Source: an uncultured Bacilli bacterium (lineage in GTDB: Bacteria > Bacillota_I > Bacilli_A > RFN20 > CAG-826). Taken from it: DNA of 64,000 nucleotides. This document shows positions 18,643 to 26,789 of the stretch, in pieces (position 1 is the stretch's first letter; the number at the start of each line of letters is the position of its first letter). The notes under the pieces are model-generated. The model searched no databases, had not been told where the DNA came from, and worked only from the letters and a program-made list of their open reading frames with translations. The position numbers and the translations under genes were made by a program. The stretch spans positions 53,011 to 117,010 of the forward strand of contig CALVXK010000002.1 of the NCBI GenBank assembly GCA_944369075.1. The letters run 5' to 3'.

Positions 18643-19530
18643 TTATTTAACTAATTCCATAACTTTTTCACTTGTTGCTTCTTTTGAATGAAGAGTTATT
18701 TTTGCCATTTCTCTTCCAAATTTTATTCCTTCTTCTAATGAAAAATTGTTCACTATTTTATAAATAATTCCCGCAATTAAAGCGTCTCCACAACCAGTTG
18801 TATTTACTATATTTTCCTCTTTTATAATTTTAACTTCGCCTTTTTTAAAGTTATCTATATAAAGAATTGAGTCACCACCTTGAGAAAGAATTAATTTTTT
18901 TACACCTAGGTTTATAAATTTATCAAGTAAAACATCACTACTACTAATTTCATCGTTTAATAAAGTTCTAGCTTCAAATATATTACACTTTAATAGATAT
19001 ATATCTTTTAAGTGAGATTTAATTCTGTTAACTTTAGATCTCGAAATAGCTTCTACTATTATTTTTTTATCCTTAAATTCCTTAAAAATTTTATCGATTT
19101 TATCTTCATCCAAATTAGTATCCATTACTAAATATTTAGAATTATCAAAAATATTTTTATTATCTAAAAGGTAATCAACAGTTAATTTCTCCATGATTTC
19201 ATTATCAATTATTGCATCTTCCATATCATGGTTTGAATCGTTGATACAAATATAAGAAGCATTATTAAAATCTTCAATTTTAGGAGTAAATACTTCAATA
19301 TTATGTTTAACTAAGTCATCTTGCATCATGCGACCATATAAATCAGAGCCAATACAAGTAAAGAAATAGCATTTCATACCTAGATTAGCTAAATTTATAC
19401 AAATATTGCGCATGACTCCGCCTAAAGATATTGACAAAGAACCGATATTACTCGTCTTTTTAATAAGTTTATTTTTTGAAGTAGCGATATAATCAATCGT
19501 ATTTCCACCAATTAAAACAATCTTTTCCAT
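18643..19530 (-). CDS. psuK: PfkB-family carbohydrate/nucleoside kinase, pseudouridine-kinase (YeiC)-like
   Basis: LIGGNTIDYIATS ... SNIGSLSISLGGVMRNICINLANLG resembles the YeiC signature. The C-terminal motif is TTGCGDALIAG. Confidence 0.55.
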   Translation of the reverse strand: MEKIVLIGGNTIDYIATSKNKLIKKTSNIGSLSISLGGVMRNICINLANLGMKCYFFTCIGSDLYGRMMQDDLVKHNIEVFTPKIEDFNNASYICINDSNHDMEDAIIDNEIMEKLTVDYLLDNKNIFDNSKYLVMDTNLDEDKIDKIFKEFKDKKIIVEAISRSKVNRIKSHLKDIYLLKCNIFEARTLLNDEISSSDVLLDKFINLGVKKLILSQGGDSILYIDNFKKGEVKIIKEENIVNTTGCGDALIAGIIYKIVNNFSLEEGIKFGREMAKITLHSKEATSEKVMELVK

Positions 19531-19614
19531 AACTAAAATATGAAAGATATTCTATCAAAAACTTAGTTTAACTTTCTTAATTAATATAAGAAGTAAAGAA
19601 AAATTAATCTTAAA

Positions 19615-20592
19615 TTAATGCAATTTATTTAAAAATTTATTTAAATATGAATCGGGATAAGTGAATTTAGATAAAAGGACTTCTTTCGAATAAGATGTTG
19701 CTTCTAGTAAAGATTCTTTAAAACTATGATTTAAATAAACGTAATTATATATAAAAGCAGCAAACAAAGAATCTCCAATACCATTAGAGGAAACAATTTC
19801 ACCTTCTTTAACAAGATTTTTTTGAGGGATATCGACTTTATATGTTTTGAAATTATCTAAAATCAAAATACCTGCGTCCTTATTTGTAACAATTGCGTTT
19901 CTTAACTTATATTTCGAAGATAACTGATCAAGAATTTGATTTGAATCTAGATTAACTTTTTCCTCAGCATTTAAAACTTTGTATAACTCTTTAATTTCTA
20001 TTTCGTTACACTTTAAAAGATAAATTTTATCTAAATAATCTTTAAATTTAATAACTTTAAAGATTGAAACACCTTCTACCATAATTTTTAGTTTTCTATG
20101 ATATTTTTCGATTAAATAGGAAATTGTTTCTTGATCTAAATTTCCATCAAGAACCATATACTCAATATTATTACTAATAATCTCATCTAAATGTAAATCG
20201 TTTTCAAAATAATTCTTATCTAAAGAAGTTATGGCTTTGTTATCACATAATGATACAAATAAATCATTATTATTGTTATTTATGGCTAAATAAATTGGAG
20301 CATTATCAATCGTATTTGAGACAAAATAGTCGATTTTTACCTCCTCTAAATTATTTTTTGCTAAGTAAGAAATAGGACTATTTCCAAAAGATGTAACAAA
20401 ATAGAAAAATGATTTTTCATTAACGTTACCTTCTAAAAGTCTCAAATTATAAGCTATATTTTTGCCAACACCACCAACACTAATAACTACATCACCAATA
20501 TTTGATGTTTCTAATTCCAATTTATTTTCCTTTAAAGGAGTTCCAACTATATCAATATTTGTTCCGCCAATAATAATCAACTTCTTATTCAT
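19615..20592 (-). CDS. psuK: PfkB-family kinase, pseudouridine-kinase (YeiC)-like, second copy
   Basis: IIGGTNIDIVGTP ... SNIGDVVISVGGVGKNIAYNL matches the signature, with C-terminal NGIGDS. I chose the start at the ATG at 20592 because GGAG lies 7 nt upstream. The track start at 20604 overlaps that RBS. Confidence 0.6.
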   Translation of the reverse strand: MNKKLIIIGGTNIDIVGTPLKENKLELETSNIGDVVISVGGVGKNIAYNLRLLEGNVNEKSFFYFVTSFGNSPISYLAKNNLEEVKIDYFVSNTIDNAPIYLAINNNNNDLFVSLCDNKAITSLDKNYFENDLHLDEIISNNIEYMVLDGNLDQETISYLIEKYHRKLKIMVEGVSIFKVIKFKDYLDKIYLLKCNEIEIKELYKVLNAEEKVNLDSNQILDQLSSKYKLRNAIVTNKDAGILILDNFKTYKVDIPQKNLVKEGEIVSSNGIGDSLFAAFIYNYVYLNHSFKESLLEATSYSKEVLLSKFTYPDSYLNKFLNKLH

Positions 20593-20670
20593 AAAAATCT
20601 CCAAATTTCTAGTTACTTATTCTACCATAATTACTTTCCTAAATAAAAAGGACTCAAGGTCCTCTTTATT

Positions 20671-22191
20671 TTATTGATATTCAATTGTTGATGGTGGTTT
20701 AGCAGTTATATCATAAACTACTCTGTTTACACCTCTAACCTCGTTTACAATTCTTCTTGAAACTCTTTCTAAGAAATTCATATCAAATTTATAGAAATCA
20801 GCATTGATACCATTGTTTGAGGTTACAGCACGAATTGCTATTGTGTGGTAATAAATCTTGTTATTGCCTTCAACACCAGTTGAATCTATATTTGTAAGAA
20901 CACAGAAATATTGATAAAGTTCAGTTTCTAAATGATTTTTTCTTACTTCTTGAGATAAGATTTCATTAGCTTCTCTTAATATTTCAAGTTTAAGTAAGGT
21001 GACTTCACCAATAATTCTAATTGCAAGACCTGGGAATGGGAAAGGCTGTCTTTTAATAAAGGCTTCATCTAATCCTAATTTTCTTCCAAGTTCTCTTACT
21101 TCTGCTTTAGTTAACTCTTTAATTGGTTCAATTATCTTAAATCCAATATCTTCTGCAGTTCCTGAAATTACTTTTGATTTTCCACCCCATTTGGATTCTT
21201 TTATATCAGTATAAAGAGTTCCTTGACCTAAATATTTAAAATCACCAATCTTTTTAGCATATTTTTTAAATACTTCAATAAAAGTATCAACTATAACTTT
21301 TCTTTTCTCTTCAGGATCAACAACCCCTTTTAATCTATTTAAGAAAAGTTCACCTTCATCAGCAACATCCAATTGAATTTTTGACTTTTCTCTAAATCTA
21401 TTAAGAATAACACTAGCTTCATTTACTCTATGTAAACCTGTTTCAACAAATAAACAAGTTAAATTATCGCCAATTGCTTTATGAAGAATTAATGCAGCTA
21501 CAGTTGAATCAATTCCACCCGATAAACCGAGAATAACTTTTTCATCTTTTACTTCTTCTTTAATTTCATTAATCTTATTTTCTAAGAAGTTTTCTAAAGA
21601 CCATTCTTTTTTACATCCACAAATGTCGATAAAATTTGATAATAATTCTCTGCCTTCTTCGCTACCATCGACTTCCGGATGCCGCATTACTCCATATACA
21701 TAATCTTTTGCAAAAGCTACTGGGCCAAGAGATGAAGATTCGGCTACTATTTGAACAGAGGAAGGAATGTCGCTAATTCTATCTGATTTAGTAATATAAA
21801 CGACGATTTCATCTCTTAGATTAAAAAATAAAGGACATGAATTAGATAAACGAATAACGTGCTTATCAAACTCTCTGTCCTTTACACTAGTAACTTTAGC
21901 CCCAAAATGATGAGCTAACAATTCCATGCCATAACAAATACCAAGAACTGGAACATTTAAGTTTAAGATTTCTTCATCAAAAAGTTTTGAATCAGGTGCA
22001 TTTTTAACTTCTTCGCCAATAATGCTTGGACCACCAGAAAGAATTACACCTTTTACATCTTTAAGTTCCTTAATTTTGCTTGCTGTTGTTGTTTTTGGAA
22101 CAATTAGACTATAGACGCCAAGTTCTCTTAATTTTGTTAACAAAATTTCGTTATATTGGCTTCCATAATCTAATATAACTATTTTGTCCAT
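20671..22191 (-). CDS. GMP-synthase paralog with an intact GATase and PP-loop but diverged nucleotide-site motifs
   Basis: It keeps GICYGMELL, HPEV, GLSGGIDS and KPPSTIEYQ. It has KVISGTAEDIG where KSHHNVGGLP is expected, FVETGL for F(I/V)DHGL, PFPFPGLAIR for PFPGPGLGIR, and TGVEGNNKIY for VGVMGDNRTY. A strong RBS GGAGG is present. Confidence 0.7.
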   Translation of the reverse strand: MDKIVILDYGSQYNEILLTKLRELGVYSLIVPKTTTASKIKELKDVKGVILSGGPSIIGEEVKNAPDSKLFDEEILNLNVPVLGICYGMELLAHHFGAKVTSVKDREFDKHVIRLSNSCPLFFNLRDEIVVYITKSDRISDIPSSVQIVAESSSLGPVAFAKDYVYGVMRHPEVDGSEEGRELLSNFIDICGCKKEWSLENFLENKINEIKEEVKDEKVILGLSGGIDSTVAALILHKAIGDNLTCLFVETGLHRVNEASVILNRFREKSKIQLDVADEGELFLNRLKGVVDPEEKRKVIVDTFIEVFKKYAKKIGDFKYLGQGTLYTDIKESKWGGKSKVISGTAEDIGFKIIEPIKELTKAEVRELGRKLGLDEAFIKRQPFPFPGLAIRIIGEVTLLKLEILREANEILSQEVRKNHLETELYQYFCVLTNIDSTGVEGNNKIYYHTIAIRAVTSNNGINADFYKFDMNFLERVSRRIVNEVRGVNRVVYDITAKPPSTIEYQ

Positions 22192-22406
22192 TGGTCTATC
22201 CTCCTAAATTATGTAAATATTATTAACTTATCAATATTTTCATTGTTATTTAAAATAAAATTATCAATAAATTAATATAATAAGAGAATTAAAGATACAA
22301 AAATTATAGTTTATAAATTATCTTTCCTTCTCTTTTACTCTTGTTATTATTTTAACATAGATAAAAATATTTACTAGCAAAATTAGGAAGAAAAACAAAC
22401 CTTTTA

Positions 22407-23318
22407 TTACTTAGCTAATTTAGAATATTCAACAGCAATTTTTGCTCCAAGAGTTGCGTTAGATAAAATCAAAGCAATATTTGTTTCTAAGGATTCTCCA
22501 CCAGTTAATTCAACAATTTTTGAAAGTAAGAATGGTGTTTCATCTTTTCCTTTAATACCTTTTTCGTCCATTTCTTTAATTGCTTCTTCAATTACAACAT
22601 TAATTTTTTCTTCAGGAATAGAATGGGCTTCATCAACTGGATTAGTAATTAAAACTCCGCCTTTTAACTGATTATCTCTTTTAGCTTTAACAATTTCTGC
22701 TATTTCCAAAGGTGTTTTTGCATTAAAGTCCACTTTAAATTTTGATGTTCTTGTAAAAAATGCAGGTAAACAATCAGTATTATAACCAATTACAGGAACG
22801 CCTTTAGTCTCTAAAATTTCCATAGTTAATCCTAAATCAAGGATTGCTTTTGGACCAGCACAAATAACACTGACATCAATATTTCCTAAAGCTTCTAAAT
22901 CGGTAGAAATATCAAAGGTTTCATTAGCCTTTCTATGAGCACCGCCAATTCCACCGGTAACAAAGAACTCAATTCCTGCTTGATGTGCTAAAAACATAGT
23001 AGCAGCCACGGTTGTAGCACCCCATAACTTTTTAGCATAAACTATAGGTAAATCTCTTAAGGAGCATTTTACTATCCCTTTTCTTTTACCAAATTCTTCA
23101 ATTTCATCTGGAGTCATACCAATAATTGCTTCGCCATCGATAATTCCTATGGTTGCGGCAACAGCTCCTTCTTTTTCGATATTTTTTTCAACTGCTAAAG
23201 CACACTCAACATTTTTAGGATAAGGCATGCCATGAGAAATAATTGTTGATTCTAATGCGATAACAGGCTTGTTTTCTTTTAATGCTTGTTCTACTTTTGA
23301 AGAAATACGAATATTCAT
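22407..23318 (-). CDS. psuG: Pseudouridine-5'-phosphate glycosidase
   Basis: ALESTIISHGMPYPKN is a near-exact PsuG signature. I placed the start at the ATG at 23318, preceded by AAAGGAG. Confidence 0.88.
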   Translation of the reverse strand: MNIRISSKVEQALKENKPVIALESTIISHGMPYPKNVECALAVEKNIEKEGAVAATIGIIDGEAIIGMTPDEIEEFGKRKGIVKCSLRDLPIVYAKKLWGATTVAATMFLAHQAGIEFFVTGGIGGAHRKANETFDISTDLEALGNIDVSVICAGPKAILDLGLTMEILETKGVPVIGYNTDCLPAFFTRTSKFKVDFNAKTPLEIAEIVKAKRDNQLKGGVLITNPVDEAHSIPEEKINVVIEEAIKEMDEKGIKGKDETPFLLSKIVELTGGESLETNIALILSNATLGAKIAVEYSKLAK

Positions 23319-23357
23319 AAATTGCTCCTTTCTAACTTCCACAAAGACTATATGTTA

Positions 23358-24086
23358 TTACTTATTAGATGTAACTTCAAAATAAAATTTCAAAACTTCA
23401 TTTGAATAAGCATAGATTAAATATTTATTCTTTTCTTTATGCTTATAAATTGCTAATTTATCATTTAAAAAACATTGTGATACATATTCAATTTGAAAAG
23501 ATTCAATTTTTAAATCTTTATCTGGATTAAATAAATCTATAAATAAATCAGCGCAATGTGAATTATTTAAATGTCCATTATGATCTAATAACGATTGTTT
23601 AACATAAATAAAACTATCAAAATCATCTTCATTTTTTACTGGTTTAGGAAGTCTTTTAATTCTTTGAGAAAAAACTCCAATTCGTCCTTCATCAAAAATA
23701 TTTAATTTTGGAGTAGCAACATTTTTTGTTGTTAAATCATAAATCATCCAAATAGAACGCCCTTTTATAATAAGTTCGTCTTTTTCATTATATATTTCGT
23801 AGTCTCTTGGATATTCCATTAAATTATTTTTAAGTGGATAAGTTTTAATCTTTACTTTTGATAAGTTATAGCAACTTCCTACAATTTCGAATTTATTTCT
23901 TACAATAACCCAAATTAGATTTTTTTCAAAAAACTCTTTAAAGCCAACATTCAAAACATCAGCGTGAAGAGCGGCAATTTCTTGAGTGAAGTCAAGAATC
24001 GATGACATTTTTAAATTATCATAACAATCTCTTAAGTTAGTAGTTATAGTAAACTCTTTAGTTAATTCTTTTTCGTAAACATCCAT
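23358..24086 (-). CDS. Acyl-ACP thioesterase family protein
   Basis: Double hotdog-size protein with DHNGHLNN (the DxNxHVNN-like motif). The ATG at 24086 lies 2 nt after the upstream stop. The track start at 24101 is a TTG. Confidence 0.65.
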   Translation of the reverse strand: MDVYEKELTKEFTITTNLRDCYDNLKMSSILDFTQEIAALHADVLNVGFKEFFEKNLIWVIVRNKFEIVGSCYNLSKVKIKTYPLKNNLMEYPRDYEIYNEKDELIIKGRSIWMIYDLTTKNVATPKLNIFDEGRIGVFSQRIKRLPKPVKNEDDFDSFIYVKQSLLDHNGHLNNSHCADLFIDLFNPDKDLKIESFQIEYVSQCFLNDKLAIYKHKEKNKYLIYAYSNEVLKFYFEVTSNK

Positions 24087-24088
24087 GG

Positions 24089-25324
24089 TTATATAGCCCA
24101 ATTCCCATTTTTGAAGATTTGATATTCTTTACCATCTTTATCATATCCGACAATATCTAAATCTTTACTTCCAATCATAAAATCAACATGAATAATTGAT
24201 TTATTAATTCCTCTTTCTTTTAGCTCTTCTAGATTATATTTTTCATAATCTTTATATAAATTAGCAAAACCAGCACCAAGAGCTAAATGACATGAGGCAT
24301 TTTCATCAAACAAAGTGTTATAAAACAAAATATTAGTATTGTTTATAGGAGAATCATAAGGAATTAAAGCACATTCCCCAAGCATTGATGCTCCTTCATC
24401 CATTGAAATCATACTCTTTAAGAGTTCTTCCCCTTTTCTTGCATGTACTTCAACAGCTTTTCCGTTTTTAAAAGTAATATTAAAGTCTTCAATTAATTGA
24501 CCTTCATAAGATAAAGGCTTAGTGGCATAAACTATCCCATCACATTTTCCAGCAATAGGAGAAGTAAAAATTTCCTCACTTGGAATATTAGGATTGTAGT
24601 AAACATGACTACCCATGGTAAATTCTCCACCACCTTCCCATTTCACATCAGGATTAAGCTCTAAAGTAAAATCTGTACCGTTAGATGATTTATAGTGTAA
24701 TTTTGTAAGTTTTAACGAATTTAAAAGTTCACTTTTCTTAGTTAACGTTTCATCATGAGCATTCCAATTATCGATTGATTTATTTTTCTCTACTCTGCTT
24801 ACTTTTAATATAGCTTCCCATAAAGCGCTATAAGCATCTTCTTCATTTAAATTTGGAAAAACTTCTTTTGCCCATTTTTTAGAAGGAATAGCTGCGATTA
24901 ACCATTGATATTTATCATCCATTAAATCACGGTATTGGCGAATTTCTTTTCTTAATGTTCTTCCAGCTTCACTTCTTTTATTATTATCAATACCATTTAA
25001 AGCGTCTGGTGCACTACTTTCAATATAAATTCTTACTGGAAGATTTTTTAAATAATACTCCCATTTTGCTTTTTGATAATCTTTTAAATGAGATAGTTCT
25101 TCTAAGTCCTTATATTTATAATTTAAAATCTCTAACTCATCATTTTCCCAAATAACTTCGACATTTTTTGCACCAGCTTTATAACATTCTTCGACTAAAA
25201 TTGTTACAAATTCAGGATCTTCAGTCGAAGCTTGAACAACCACTTCTTGTCCTTTTTGAACATTAGCTCCAATTTTTACCAAAAGTTCGCAGTATTCTCT
25301 TACCAATTCTTTATCTTTATACAT
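24089..25324 (-). CDS. Aminopeptidase, M29 (AmpS/PepS) family
   Basis: 411 aa, with NPNIPSEEIFTSP and EGASMLGECALIPY patterns typical of M29. Confidence 0.8.
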   Translation of the reverse strand: MYKDKELVREYCELLVKIGANVQKGQEVVVQASTEDPEFVTILVEECYKAGAKNVEVIWENDELEILNYKYKDLEELSHLKDYQKAKWEYYLKNLPVRIYIESSAPDALNGIDNNKRSEAGRTLRKEIRQYRDLMDDKYQWLIAAIPSKKWAKEVFPNLNEEDAYSALWEAILKVSRVEKNKSIDNWNAHDETLTKKSELLNSLKLTKLHYKSSNGTDFTLELNPDVKWEGGGEFTMGSHVYYNPNIPSEEIFTSPIAGKCDGIVYATKPLSYEGQLIEDFNITFKNGKAVEVHARKGEELLKSMISMDEGASMLGECALIPYDSPINNTNILFYNTLFDENASCHLALGAGFANLYKDYEKYNLEELKERGINKSIIHVDFMIGSKDLDIVGYDKDGKEYQIFKNGNWAI

Positions 25325-25325
25325 A

Positions 25326-25922
25326 TTAATCTCTCCTACATCCGGTTAATTCATTAAATTTAGGTAATTTATCACACCAATCACAGAATATATGCCATTC
25401 TTTTAATTTATGATATTTTCTTTGGTTATACATTGTTTTTAATTGTTGATAATTTGTAACCATTGTTGCACCAAGACAAAAACCGCAAGGCGTTGAAGCA
25501 ACGAGTTCTCTCCATTTGTTATTTTTCTCTTCCTTATTTTCGTCAGGAATTAAATTATATTCTTCCTTTAATTTTTCTAAAATCGATAAAATTTCTTTAT
25601 TTGTTTCATTTACACATTGTTCGCTTAAACTAAATTTTAACAAACAGTGCATTGTAGATTGAGAGGAAACATACTCGAAAAAATGATACCTTTGTGCTTG
25701 TTTCCACCAATATAATGGGGCGGTTATATCAAACTCAACGACTATACCTTTTAAATAATTATCGTGCCCTTCCCCAGCCTTTGCCGTTCCTAAATTTACC
25801 GCTCTTTTAAAATCTTTTTCTGTTAAGTCTTCTCTATCAAAAACAGTTCTCATTGGATTTCCACTAGCTTTTATTGCATAATCCAAACCATAAACCTCAG
25901 TTTTTCCAATATTAAAGTCCAT
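25326..25922 (-). CDS. ThyX-fold protein with a diverged active-site motif
   Basis: HDNYLKGIVVEFDITAPLYWWKQAQRYHFFEYVSSQS aligns by eye to the ThyX segment H..LEH..FTF.v.aP.fv.RQ..RHR..S...S.RY. The C-terminal P......T.N...L......R pattern is present. The RHR/S/R residues are not conserved. RBS GGAGG. Confidence 0.5.
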   Translation of the reverse strand: MDFNIGKTEVYGLDYAIKASGNPMRTVFDREDLTEKDFKRAVNLGTAKAGEGHDNYLKGIVVEFDITAPLYWWKQAQRYHFFEYVSSQSTMHCLLKFSLSEQCVNETNKEILSILEKLKEEYNLIPDENKEEKNNKWRELVASTPCGFCLGATMVTNYQQLKTMYNQRKYHKLKEWHIFCDWCDKLPKFNELTGCRRD

Positions 25923-25930
25923 AATTCCTC

Positions 25931-26773
25931 CTAAATCTTTCCTTCTTTTTTAAGTTTATTTCTTATAAAGCCTTTGTAAGCTTCTTCTAAATTTAATAAT
26001 AAAGCAAGTCTAGTTAATAGCCCTACTCCTTTAGGGACTGGAGATTGAAAGGAAACATTTAAGTCTTTTTCACAATCTCCAACTAAAATATTTTTATTTA
26101 ATTCGCTATTAAAAATTCTATTTATTCCTACATCAAAAACAATAGCAGATGGTTTTAAGTTATATTCTTCTTTTTTTAAAAAATGTGGTTTTCCGACAGC
26201 AACAATAATTAAATCTGCATGTTCAAGATAAAATTTTTTATCTAAAGAGGATGTTTTAGAATGTAAAATTGTCACATTCATATTTTTATCTAGCAAAACT
26301 TGATGCATTGGTTTACCAACAATTTCACTTCTACCTATAATAACAGCGTTTTTCGACTCAAAACTAAAATTTTGATCTTCTAAATAAGTTAAAATACCTT
26401 TAGGTGTTGCTGGTATAAACTTAGATAAAGGATTAAAACCATCTATATCTTTTTGAGGAACTATGCTAGTTTTAACTTTCCACTCATCAATTTGCTTAGG
26501 TAAAGGAAGTTGAACTATAAAACCATGAACGTCTTCTCTTTTATTAAGCAAATCGATTATCTTTAATAAATCCTCTTCAGAAATGTTAGGACTAAGTTTC
26601 AAATGTTCGTAATTAATTCCGACTTCTGACAAATCTTTCATTTTTCCTTTTATATAAGAATTAGAAGCAGGATCATCATTTACTTGAACAATAACCATTT
26701 TCGCCTCTTTTAAATAAGGCTTTAATTTTAATTCTTCCTTTTTTCTTTCTACGTAATTTTCAATAAGTTCCAT
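25931..26773 (-). CDS. folD: Bifunctional methylenetetrahydrofolate dehydrogenase/cyclohydrolase FolD
   Basis: VQVNDDPASNSYIKGK, GRSEIVGKPM ... TILHSKT and PVPKGVGLLT motifs. The ATG is at 26773. The track start at 26788 is a TTG lying 1 nt from the upstream stop. Confidence 0.88.
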   Translation of the reverse strand: MELIENYVERKKEELKLKPYLKEAKMVIVQVNDDPASNSYIKGKMKDLSEVGINYEHLKLSPNISEEDLLKIIDLLNKREDVHGFIVQLPLPKQIDEWKVKTSIVPQKDIDGFNPLSKFIPATPKGILTYLEDQNFSFESKNAVIIGRSEIVGKPMHQVLLDKNMNVTILHSKTSSLDKKFYLEHADLIIVAVGKPHFLKKEEYNLKPSAIVFDVGINRIFNSELNKNILVGDCEKDLNVSFQSPVPKGVGLLTRLALLLNLEEAYKGFIRNKLKKEGKI

Positions 26774-26789
26774 ATAACAATAATCCAAT

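Noticed and set aside
22192-22406. The 215-bp gap upstream of the second guaA paralog, as a purine riboswitch or T-box.
   Set aside because: The minus-strand sequence is almost pure A/T, with no stable helices or terminator. It is most likely just a promoter region.
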